Below, one piece after another: positions 1 through 8,165 of a DNA stretch of 64,000 bases (its first letter is position 1; every line of letters begins with the position of its first letter). The notes beneath the pieces were generated by a model. That model had not been told where the DNA came from. It ran no database searches and was given only the letters and a program-made list of their open reading frames with translations. Origin of the DNA: Bacteroidota bacterium (GTDB taxonomy: Bacteria > Bacteroidota > Bacteroidia > Bacteroidales > WCHB1-69); the NCBI GenBank assembly GCA_023413895.1, contig JAEZOU010000005.1, positions 20,275 to 84,274 of the forward strand, read 5' to 3'. Position numbers and translations under genes: made by a program.

Positions 1-1504
1 GCAGTAGTATGGAGTGTGCAATGTTGGAAATAGTCGGTGCTGGTGAACATTCGTTGTGAAGTTTCATCTGATAGTAGTAACTGTGGTTATTCACGTCAAC
101 GTCGTTGTCAATATAAGTATATTGGGAACCTCCATTGTAAGCTATTGTGGTAATGAATTGAAGGTTTTGGCCATTATCGCAACTTCTATATAAGTCAATA
201 TGTGAAAAAGGTGTTTCTCCACCGCTTGTAAGAGCTTGAATTCGAATTTGTCGATTATCTTCTACAGAAACAGAACTAATATAGGCGTAATCATGGTTTT
301 CTTCAGCAGTAAAGGTAAAGTTAACCTTGCGTGAGTCTGCTGTAAATAGTCCATTGTTGCTGACAGCTCGCACGATAAAGGTGTAGTCCCTGTCTGGAAC
401 TAAGTTGGAATGTGTATAGGTAGTTGTATTAGCAGAAACTTCTCCCGAGTATTGTAAGGCACCTCCATCTTCAGAAAAGTAAATTTCATATTTTTCTAAC
501 CCATCAGTCATGTTAATATAGTGTGTCCACGATAATGATGCTTTTCTTGTGCAACCATCAGTGGTACAGTGTAATAGTATGTTTTGCTGAGGGTCAAATA
601 TCATTCCACTAGCATTGCCACAGCTGTCTCGCGCCGAAATTCTGTAATGATTTACAATGTCTGAACTATGTAGCGAGTCAGTCCAAGTAGTGGTAGAAAT
701 TCCATATACGGTATCTATAGCTACCCAAGGGGCATTTTCTGTTTCTTGATGGAATATGACGTATGAATTTACGTCATTGTCCTCCGACTCCTCCCACGAA
801 AGCGTAATCATATCGCTTGTATAATCAACGGTAACTTGGTGAAGGGTAGGAATATGTGGAGCAATAAGGTTCTGAAAATGCTCCGTCGAGATGGTCGATG
901 CGTTTTGACAAACGTTTCCGCCCTGCGGCGCGAAAAATTGATCGGAAAGATGTATTCGATAACGAACATCTGCATCACAAATTTCAATAGTGTCCCTAAA
1001 ACTAAGGTTTCCAGGATATGTGATGCTTCCAACAGAACGAAATTCAATGTCGTTAGGGTGTTTCCTCATTACTCTAAAAACATTACTTGTAGTTGGAAGT
1101 AATTCTGTAGCTGGAGCATTCCAATTGATGATAGCTGTGCCATCGCCAGGGTTGGTAATGTTGCTAAAAATGGTTTGTAACGTGTCAGAATTGTAACTAT
1201 TGCCCTGAAAAATAGCTTTGATAAAATAGTATTTGTGAATGATAGGGTCAACTCCATCAAAGCAGTCGGTGTTGGCTGTGGTCATATTGTTATTAATTAC
1301 TTGATAGGGACCAGCAACTTGATCTGCATAGTAAACTTCGTAGCGAATGAAGTTTGATGAATCAGCAATAGGAACAAAATAGAGGGAAACACCATTGCCA
1401 TCTTCTTTTACATGTACACAGCGTAATTGTGGAGTTTGCGTACTTTGTGCAAATAGATAGAAGGTGAAAAATATGATGATGGTAATAAGGAATGATTGTT
1501 TCAT
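1..1504 (-). CDS. Secreted FN3-repeat surface protein, N-terminal 501 codons (C-terminus lies beyond the left window edge)
   Basis: My own translation of the minus strand is open from ATG 1504-1502 down to base 2. It is absent from the ORF track because it has no in-window stop. The N-terminus MKQSFLITIIIFFTFYLFAQ is a signal peptide. Repeated beta-rich modules (ITLSWEESEDNDVNSYVIF; ASLSWTHY..YEIYFSEDG..YTFIVRAVS) look like fibronectin type III. The start lies 6 nt after the stop of the upstream gene. Confidence 0.75.
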   Translation of the reverse strand, partial: MKQSFLITIIIFFTFYLFAQSTQTPQLRCVHVKEDGNGVSLYFVPIADSSNFIRYEVYYADQVAGPYQVINNNMTTANTDCFDGVDPIIHKYYFIKAIFQGNSYNSDTLQTIFSNITNPGDGTAIINWNAPATELLPTTSNVFRVMRKHPNDIEFRSVGSITYPGNLSFRDTIEICDADVRYRIHLSDQFFAPQGGNVCQNASTISTEHFQNLIAPHIPTLHQVTVDYTSDMITLSWEESEDNDVNSYVIFHQETENAPWVAIDTVYGISTTTWTDSLHSSDIVNHYRISARDSCGNASGMIFDPQQNILLHCTTDGCTRKASLSWTHYINMTDGLEKYEIYFSEDGGALQYSGEVSANTTTYTHSNLVPDRDYTFIVRAVSNNGLFTADSRKVNFTFTAEENHDYAYISSVSVEDNRQIRIQALTSGGETPFSHIDLYRSCDNGQNLQFITTIAYNGGSQYTYIDNDVDVNNHSYYYQMKLHNECSPAPTISNIAHSILL

Positions 1505-1510
1505 GAGATG

Positions 1511-2785
1511 TTAATGTTTGCCAACGATAATGGTGAATATGGTTTCTCTCTGCAAATAACGATTCGCAAGAGATATGATTGTTTGAGGGGAAATCTTTTT
1601 TATTGTATCAAAAAGTTGTCCCATCTCCTCTTCGTTCAACCCAAATTTATGCCATCTTATATAAGTTCTCATATATGATGTGATACCATCTACAGAACGG
1701 AGGTAGGCACCAGATAAATACGTTTTTAATGTTGATAGTTCTTCATCGCAAATTTCTTCTGTTTGCAGGCGCCTTATCTCTTCGAAACAAGCTTCAATTG
1801 ATTCGTCTGCTTTCCCTTCTATAATGTCGCTTTCAATGAAGAATATTGAATGGTCGCAAATATATGAGTTTTCACTATAAATACTATAGGTGTAGCCACA
1901 TTCTTCTCGTACTTTCTGCATTAGTCTTGAACCGAAATATCCTCCTAATAGTGTGTTTAGTATGTTGAATTCCCTTCTATCTGTGTGATTGTAATCAAAT
2001 AGTTTTTTGTAAAGTAAAATAGTAGATTGCAAGGAGTTTTCCCTAGGTTCGTAGATGAACTGTTCACACTGAGTTCGAAGTGTTGTGGTGGAAATAATTG
2101 GAGTGTCGTTCTTGGAAAGTTGTTGAAAGGTTTGTACAATGGTGTGTGTCTCCTCATCTTCAATGTTTCCTGCTGCAAAAATATTTATTCGGTTAGCTTG
2201 GAATACTTGTTGATGATACTCTTTTAAGTTATCAATAGAAAGATTTTCAATGTGTTCTCTTTTTAATGGTGTTCCAAGAGGGGTGCCTGGTTGATAGATG
2301 TTTTTCAACATTAATTGGGAGGCAATATAACTGTTTTTTCGAATGTTATATTCTAAGTTTTTAATCTTACTTTTTTTGAAATCTTCAAAGTTCTCGCTAC
2401 TAAATGTGGGATTTGCAATGGTTTCAATAATGATAGGATAGACCTTGTTGAAGTTTCTTTTGGGAATGATGAGCTCTATCGTTGCATTTTGTATGTTTAT
2501 GCTTGTATTCCACGAAGAACCATAGTAGTCCAAAAGTTGATCCATCTTCTCTTTGGGATATTGTGAAGAGGATTCTTTCAGAAAAGAAAATAGGGCTTGT
2601 GCAACATATTTCGTAGACTCATAAATTCTGCCTCCAGCTACTTCAATGGTGATATGAAGCAAGTCTAAGTGCTTGTCTCTGAATATGTATAATGAACTAT
2701 CTCCGTGAAGAGAGATGACTTGGGGGGTAGGAAGTGAAACCTGAGTTATGGGAGTTGATTTTGGGGCTTCTTTTCTATTAATCAT
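1511..2785 (-). CDS. M16 (pitrilysin/insulinase) family peptidase-like protein, apparently non-catalytic
   Basis: 424-aa ORF with two-lobe M16-like organisation (IFAAGNIEDEE.., LLGGYFGSRLMQKVREECGYTYSIYS). Where HxxEH is expected the sequence reads AGGRIYESTKYVAQALFSFLKES, so the zinc motif is not visible. Confidence 0.6.
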   Translation of the reverse strand: MINRKEAPKSTPITQVSLPTPQVISLHGDSSLYIFRDKHLDLLHITIEVAGGRIYESTKYVAQALFSFLKESSSQYPKEKMDQLLDYYGSSWNTSINIQNATIELIIPKRNFNKVYPIIIETIANPTFSSENFEDFKKSKIKNLEYNIRKNSYIASQLMLKNIYQPGTPLGTPLKREHIENLSIDNLKEYHQQVFQANRINIFAAGNIEDEETHTIVQTFQQLSKNDTPIISTTTLRTQCEQFIYEPRENSLQSTILLYKKLFDYNHTDRREFNILNTLLGGYFGSRLMQKVREECGYTYSIYSENSYICDHSIFFIESDIIEGKADESIEACFEEIRRLQTEEICDEELSTLKTYLSGAYLRSVDGITSYMRTYIRWHKFGLNEEEMGQLFDTIKKISPQTIISLANRYLQRETIFTIIVGKH

Positions 2786-2812
2786 TATGCTAAATATCCA
2801 TTATAACTTTAT

Positions 2813-2820
2813 CAAAAGTA
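2813..2820 (-). promoter_or_regulatory. Bacteroidota-type -7 promoter box (TACTTTTG on the minus strand) upstream of the M16-like gene
   Basis: Exact match to TAnnTTTG, 28 nt upstream of ATG 2785. A second box (TATTTTTG, plus-strand coordinates 2824..2831) lies just upstream. Confidence 0.4.
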
Positions 2821-2866
2821 ATGCAAAAATAATATTTTTTTTGATATATGCAATATGAAAATACTT

Positions 2867-3760
2867 TTATTTGATAAGATTGATGGAGCCCTTTTTCATC
2901 TGACGTTCGCCATCTGTAGTCCGGTATATTATAACATATATGTATGTGCCTTGCGGCATGATGTTTCCTCGATATTCACCATTCCATCCTATCTGAATAT
3001 CTTTGCTTCGGAATAAGATAGAACCCCTCCTGTCTGAAATTATCATTTCAAAATCTATAATCTCTTCTAAACTTTGAGCTAAAAATATGTCGTTTAAGCC
3101 ATCTCCATCGGGTGTGAATGCATTCGGAATGAAGAGCACCTTTCTCTCTTCTGGAATCTCTTCAAAAAGTGGTTCCTCCTCTGGTTGTACATACTCCTCT
3201 TCGGTATTCTGTTGTGTAGGTTCGACCACAACGGTTTCTATTTTACGCTTTACTGGTTGTTGGGTAGGTTGTGCTGAAGCTATCTTTACTGGTTCTGTTT
3301 CTACTATACGTTTTTGTACAACTTTGGGCTCTGTAATTGGAGATTCAATATCCTTTTGGGAAACTAAATTAGTTGAAGATGATACGGAAGATTGAGTCTC
3401 TCTATTTTCAATAGCAACCTCGATTCGGGTTTCTTTCTCTTTTGATAGGGAAATGGGGGTGCTTTCAGAAGAATCGCTTGAAAAGTTTGATGTTGGGGCA
3501 GAAGAAACTACGTTTTTAGTTGTGTTTTGTTGAACAATTAATGTATCGCCATCTTTTATGGTCTTGTTGGTATTAAGTAGAGAGATAAGTGTAGTTGCAG
3601 TAATAACAACAGCTATAGCCGTTCCAATAAGATAGACTTTTATTTTTTGCCAACGATTGAATTTTATTAACCGACGATCAGAGGCTATTTTTGCCCAACC
3701 ATCTGCAGGTGGCGTGTGATTTTGTCCTAACTCTTTTTTTATGTATTGCCCAATTTCCAT
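2867..3760 (-). CDS. Single-pass membrane protein with a C-terminal T9SS type-B sorting domain (CHU_C-like); candidate anti-sigma partner of the upstream ECF sigma
   Basis: Its ATG overlaps the sigma stop by 1 nt (TAATG). It has a ~40-aa N-terminal head, a TM helix IKVYLIGTAIAVVITATTLISLL and a long S/T/E/Q/P-rich linker. The C-terminus LFIPNAFTPDGDGLNDIF...GTYIYVIIY...KGSINLIK matches the gliding-motility C-terminal domain signature. Confidence 0.6.
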   Translation of the reverse strand: MEIGQYIKKELGQNHTPPADGWAKIASDRRLIKFNRWQKIKVYLIGTAIAVVITATTLISLLNTNKTIKDGDTLIVQQNTTKNVVSSAPTSNFSSDSSESTPISLSKEKETRIEVAIENRETQSSVSSSTNLVSQKDIESPITEPKVVQKRIVETEPVKIASAQPTQQPVKRKIETVVVEPTQQNTEEEYVQPEEEPLFEEIPEERKVLFIPNAFTPDGDGLNDIFLAQSLEEIIDFEMIISDRRGSILFRSKDIQIGWNGEYRGNIMPQGTYIYVIIYRTTDGERQMKKGSINLIK

Positions 3761-4344
3761 TATTCCTCTTCCTTTATCTTTTGTTTATGTAATCGCATTT
3801 CCTCATTTGATAGAAATTTCTCTATCTTTTCTTGTAAAATTCTTTTTGCTCTAGATAGCTGTGACCGTGAGTTGTTTGAAGAACATCCCAACATCTCTGC
3901 TATCTCGTCGTGTGAATAACCTTCAATCTCAAACAGGCTAAAAATAGTTCTATATCCTGGTGAAAGCTCTTGAATAAATTGATACAGAACTTCTGAAGGA
4001 ATAGATGGAAAATCTACATTGATAGAGTGCTCTATAATCTCATCTTCTAATTCAACGTTCTGACCATTTCGCTTGGAAACGATACTACTTCGGTATTTGT
4101 TGATGATAACGTTGATGCAAACCTTATGTAGCCATCCATTGAAAGAGTTATTCTCCTGAAAATTTTTAATGTACGTAAATATCCTGATAAAACATTCTTG
4201 AAATAGGTCTTCGGCATCTTCACGATTGTTGGAGTAACGCATACAAAGGTGCATTACAAGACCTGCATATTGGTCGTACAACGCTTTTTGGTGTTTCGAT
4301 TTCCCTTTCTGACACCCTTGTATGATTTCTACTTCTGTCATCAA
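3760..4344 (-). CDS. ECF-type RNA polymerase sigma-70 family factor
   Basis: 194 aa. Region 2-like DAEDLFQECFIRIF..WLHKVCINVIINKYR and region 4-like YRTIFSLFEIEGYSHDEIAEMLGCSSNNSRSQLSRAKRIL. Confidence 0.85.
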   Translation of the reverse strand: MMTEVEIIQGCQKGKSKHQKALYDQYAGLVMHLCMRYSNNREDAEDLFQECFIRIFTYIKNFQENNSFNGWLHKVCINVIINKYRSSIVSKRNGQNVELEDEIIEHSINVDFPSIPSEVLYQFIQELSPGYRTIFSLFEIEGYSHDEIAEMLGCSSNNSRSQLSRAKRILQEKIEKFLSNEEMRLHKQKIKEEE

Positions 4345-4397
4345 GATAATTTTGTAGGAAAAGACAACTTTTTGCGGAAAATGTTGCGCAAAATTTT

Positions 4398-4413
4398 TAT
4401 TTTTGCAAAAATA
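4398..4413. promoter_or_regulatory. Perfectly palindromic -7 element TATTTTTGCAAAAATA in the divergent sigma/mpg intergenic region
   Basis: It reads TATTTTTG (TAnnTTTG) on both strands. The plus-strand copy lies 22 nt upstream of the mpg ATG (4428). Confidence 0.4.
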
Positions 4414-4427
4414 TATTTTTTGAGGTT

Positions 4428-5018
4428 ATGAACTGCTTGTCTAAGGAGTTTTTTCTGCAAGAGGATGTGTTAAAAGTTGCACAAAATCTATTGGGAACTT
4501 ATCTGTTTACCGATATGGATGGACAGATAACTGGAGGGATTATTACAGAAACAGAAGCATATAAAGGAACTAATGATCGCGCTTCTCATGCCTTTGGAGG
4601 GCGAAAAACAAAACGAAATGCTGTTATGTATCACGAAGGTGGAGTTGCGTACGTTTACCTATGTTATGGAATGCATCACCTTCTCAATTTTGTTACAAAT
4701 CAAGAAAATATCCCAGATGCAGTTCTAATTCGTGCTATTTATCCAACTCATGGTTGCGAATTGATGTTGAAAAGAACAGGAAAAACTCAGGCATCTTCCT
4801 GTATAACCGATGGCCCAGGAAAAGTTACAAAAGCTTTGGGCATTACTATGGAACATAATGGCATTCCTTTGGATAATAATCGTATTTGGATTGAAGATAG
4901 AAAGTTAATTATTGCGCAAGAGATGATAACCGCTTCCCCTCGAATTGGTGTGGATTATGCAGGGGAAGATGCGCTTTTGCCTTACCGTTTTAATTTATTG
5001 TGTGATGAGCTTGAATAA
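4428..5018 (+). CDS. mpg: DNA-3-methyladenine glycosylase (AAG/MPG family)
   Basis: 196 aa. ITETEAYKGTNDRASHAFGGRKTKRNAVMYHEGGVAYVYLCYGMHHLLNFVT is the conserved MPG core. Confidence 0.85.
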   Translation: MNCLSKEFFLQEDVLKVAQNLLGTYLFTDMDGQITGGIITETEAYKGTNDRASHAFGGRKTKRNAVMYHEGGVAYVYLCYGMHHLLNFVTNQENIPDAVLIRAIYPTHGCELMLKRTGKTQASSCITDGPGKVTKALGITMEHNGIPLDNNRIWIEDRKLIIAQEMITASPRIGVDYAGEDALLPYRFNLLCDELE

Positions 5019-6072
5019 CAATTTCTTAACCTTGGGCATGATGTCTGGAACTTCATTGGACGGACTCGATTTGGTATTGTGCCGTTTCTTCTACTCGCAA
5101 AAGGAAACTTGGAACTATCAAATAGTAAAAGCAGACACAATTCCTTATAATAATGAAATGAAGAACTTGTTAGTCTCTTTACCAGAACTTTCAGCATTGG
5201 ATTATTTTTACGCTCAACGCGATTTCTCTACTTGGGTTGGATCGCAAATAAACCATTTTCTAATCAATGAGAAGGAAAAACCAATACTTATCGCATCACA
5301 CGGACACACTGTTTTTCATCAACCCGAAGAGGCTCTTACGGTACAAATGGGCTCTGGTGCCGTAATCGCTGCTCATACTGGAATTACTACCGTTGCCGAT
5401 TTCCGTACTACTGATGTGGCTTTGGGCGGACAAGGCGCACCCTTGGTCCCTATCGGTGATAAATTACTATTTGCTAATTATGATGCTTGCCTTAATTTGG
5501 GCGGAATTTCTAATATTTCATTCAATCTCGATGATGATCGAGTGGCTTTTGATATTTCTCTCTGTAATATTGCACTCAATTATTTGGCAAATCATTGTCA
5601 ACTCCCTTACGATAAAGATGGTGAAATGGCAAGGTCTGGGGGCTTAAATGAGGAACTATTGCTCAAAATGAACAGTTTCTCCTATTTTAATCAACCCTAT
5701 CCAAAGTCTTTAGGAAGAGAGTGGTTTGAAAGTAATTTTAAACCTATTTTAGATGAATCTTCTCTACCAATCCCAGATTTGATGAGAACGGTTACGGAAC
5801 ATATTGCTCAACAAATTGCAAAGGTAATACCTAAAAATACTCAGTCAATATTGGTAACGGGCGGAGGTGCGAAAAATATTTTCTTAATAGATCTGCTCAA
5901 AAATTATACAAAAAATAATGTGATAATTCCTGATGAATATACAATTTCTTATAAAGAAGCGATTATTTTTGCTTTTTTAGGGTTATTGAGAATACAAAAT
6001 AAAAATAATGTACTAAAGGAGGTTACTGGTGCAAGAAAATGTAGTTGCAGTGGTGCTATTTACTTAATGTAA
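5005..6072 (+). CDS. anmK: Anhydro-N-acetylmuramic acid kinase
   Basis: LGMMSGTSLDGLDLVLC N-terminal motif and FRTTDVALGGQGAPLVP. I trimmed the start to ATG 5005 (MSLNNNFLTLGMMSGTSLDG), which overlaps the mpg end by 14 nt. The track start 4945 would add non-homologous residues. Confidence 0.85.
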   Translation: MSLNNNFLTLGMMSGTSLDGLDLVLCRFFYSQKETWNYQIVKADTIPYNNEMKNLLVSLPELSALDYFYAQRDFSTWVGSQINHFLINEKEKPILIASHGHTVFHQPEEALTVQMGSGAVIAAHTGITTVADFRTTDVALGGQGAPLVPIGDKLLFANYDACLNLGGISNISFNLDDDRVAFDISLCNIALNYLANHCQLPYDKDGEMARSGGLNEELLLKMNSFSYFNQPYPKSLGREWFESNFKPILDESSLPIPDLMRTVTEHIAQQIAKVIPKNTQSILVTGGGAKNIFLIDLLKNYTKNNVIIPDEYTISYKEAIIFAFLGLLRIQNKNNVLKEVTGARKCSCSGAIYLM

Positions 6073-6082
6073 TCTATTTGTT

Positions 6083-7093
6083 ATGAGGTTGTTGAATAAT
6101 ATTTCTTTGAAGAATTATAATACTTTCTCGGTCGATGTGAAATGCGCCGATATGTATGTAGTGGAGAAAGTTTCTGATCTTCCTGATTTGGCCGCAATGC
6201 AAGTGTTTAACAATGAATTTCTTGTACTTGGTGGAGGTGCAAATGTGCTTTTTACAAGAGATTTTTCTGGCTATATTGTCCTGATGGAGAATAAGGGAAT
6301 TAAAAAAATGATGGAAGATGATAATTCTGTTACTCTGAGTGTGGCAGCCGGTGAGGATTGGAGAAATTTTGTAAAATATTGCGTTGATAATCTTTATTAT
6401 GGATTGGAAAATTTAGCAGGAATTCCAGGGAAAGTAGGAAGTAGTCCTGTACAAAATATCGGTGCATACGGTTCTGAAGTTAAGTCAGTTATCGAGAAGG
6501 TTTATTACTTCGATGTGGATTCAAAAACTTTTAAATCAATTGCTAATGAAGAATGTAACTTTGGCTATCGAGATTCAATCTTTAAAAAAGAACTGAAGTC
6601 AAAGGCAATTATAGTAGAGGTGGTTTTTAAATTGTCGAAAGTTCCAAATTTCAATCTTTCATATTCTGCTCTAAAAGATGCCGTAGAAAAGGAAAATATA
6701 GAATTGACATTGTCGAATTTGTATGAGTTAGTAATCAAAATTAGAGATTCTAAATTGCCTAATGTTGATGAGGTGGGGTCGGCTGGAAGTTTTTTTAAAA
6801 ATCCTATAGTTTCTCAATCTCAATATGAACAATTGTTAGTGAAATTTCCTAATTTAATTGCTTATCCCTATGCCTCAAAACAAGTGAAATTAGCTGCTGG
6901 TCAGTTGATTGATATGTGCGGTTGGAAAGGAATTCGCCAAGGTGATGCTGGCGTTTACCCTAAACAAGCGCTTGTCTTGGTTAATTATGGAAATGCAACC
7001 CCAGAAGATATTCTCAATTTATGCCGACAAATTCAACAAACGGTGCTCGATAAGTTTGGCGTACAAATTGAGCCTGAAGTGAATTTTATTTAG
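6083..7093 (+). CDS. murB: UDP-N-acetylenolpyruvoylglucosamine reductase
   Basis: 336 aa. NTFSVDVKCADMY, LVLGGGANVLF, GLENLAGIPGKVGSSPVQNIGAYG and GSAGSFFKNP are typical MurB motifs. Confidence 0.9.
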   Translation: MRLLNNISLKNYNTFSVDVKCADMYVVEKVSDLPDLAAMQVFNNEFLVLGGGANVLFTRDFSGYIVLMENKGIKKMMEDDNSVTLSVAAGEDWRNFVKYCVDNLYYGLENLAGIPGKVGSSPVQNIGAYGSEVKSVIEKVYYFDVDSKTFKSIANEECNFGYRDSIFKKELKSKAIIVEVVFKLSKVPNFNLSYSALKDAVEKENIELTLSNLYELVIKIRDSKLPNVDEVGSAGSFFKNPIVSQSQYEQLLVKFPNLIAYPYASKQVKLAAGQLIDMCGWKGIRQGDAGVYPKQALVLVNYGNATPEDILNLCRQIQQTVLDKFGVQIEPEVNFI

Positions 7094-8000
7094 TGGTTTT
7101 TTGAAATTGTAATTTAATAGGGCCTTCTCCTAAGTTGCCATCTTTGAATTCTAATACAACGTGTGCCTCTTTCCGCTTGTTCCCACGTTTGCTCTCGTAG
7201 AATGTGGCAGAAATGCCAATTCCTTTCCATAATCTTGCAGCAACCTCTCCTTGTTGCGAAATAGCATACATTAAATCGTAATCACTATCACTGTCGTTAA
7301 TAATGTCATTTTCATATTGAGAATATAATTTGATTTCAGGCATTTGTAAACATTTTATTTCAGGGTCACTATTGTAAATAGCTATAGATCGCATATCTTG
7401 CTGGTTGATAGAGTAGTTGATATGCCCTAATAAGCCTTCGGCAAGTGTCGCTGAGTCCTGATTGATCTGATAACCCAAGAATATAACTTTCATCGTGCTA
7501 GGAATGACAATCTTATGATAACGCTTGTTGCAAATTAAGAAGGTTTCGTTACTAGGAAAGGTTGAAAGTTCATAGTAAGTGGGATTGTCGCAGCAACCAT
7601 AATTCGCAGCAATTAAGTAGTTTTCCTTCAGCTCAAAAATTTGAGTCGCTTTTGAATAACTAAATGCTGATGCTTGATCGTAATCTGGAAAAATAGTGAG
7701 CGTTACTTGATAGCTTTTGTCGTGTGAGACGTGATGCAACCATTCTGATGCTATAGTTTTACTTTTTATCAGGCAAGGAATCCTTGTCCCATTTTGAGTT
7801 TGATAATGAGAAAATTTGTAAGAGATAATGGTGCCTGATGCTAATAAATCCCCATTGTCGTTTTGCTCAATTTTAAAGCGAGATACACACGAATCGTTCA
7901 TTAATTGTGTGTATGAATTATTCACAACTTGTGCATTGAGCTTGACAAATAATGAAATTGTTAAAAGTGAAAATGTGTAAAATAGTCCGCCTATTCTCAT
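7086..8000 (-). CDS. Hypothetical secreted protein
   Basis: 304-aa ORF with an N-terminal hydrophobic signal (FYTFSLLTISLFVKLNAQ). I recognise no motif. Its 3' end overlaps murB convergently by 8 nt. Confidence 0.5.
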   Translation of the reverse strand: MRIGGLFYTFSLLTISLFVKLNAQVVNNSYTQLMNDSCVSRFKIEQNDNGDLLASGTIISYKFSHYQTQNGTRIPCLIKSKTIASEWLHHVSHDKSYQVTLTIFPDYDQASAFSYSKATQIFELKENYLIAANYGCCDNPTYYELSTFPSNETFLICNKRYHKIVIPSTMKVIFLGYQINQDSATLAEGLLGHINYSINQQDMRSIAIYNSDPEIKCLQMPEIKLYSQYENDIINDSDSDYDLMYAISQQGEVAARLWKGIGISATFYESKRGNKRKEAHVVLEFKDGNLGEGPIKLQFQKTTK

Positions 8001-8141
8001 GATATTGTATATTGTATATATTATTATGTTTCTCCTTCTTGTTTTAAGTTTGCAAATATACTATTTTTGCTTTTATGATAAAATAAACATGAAAAAATAT
8101 AGTTATTAAGCCAATTATAGAACTCCATTAGGGAATATATG

Positions 8142-8149
8142 TAATTTTG
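8142..8149 (+). promoter_or_regulatory. -7 promoter box TAATTTTG upstream of the 1152-aa gene
   Basis: Exact TAnnTTTG match 17 nt upstream of ATG 8166. Confidence 0.45.
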
Positions 8150-8165
8150 CATCTCTTTTTGTAAA

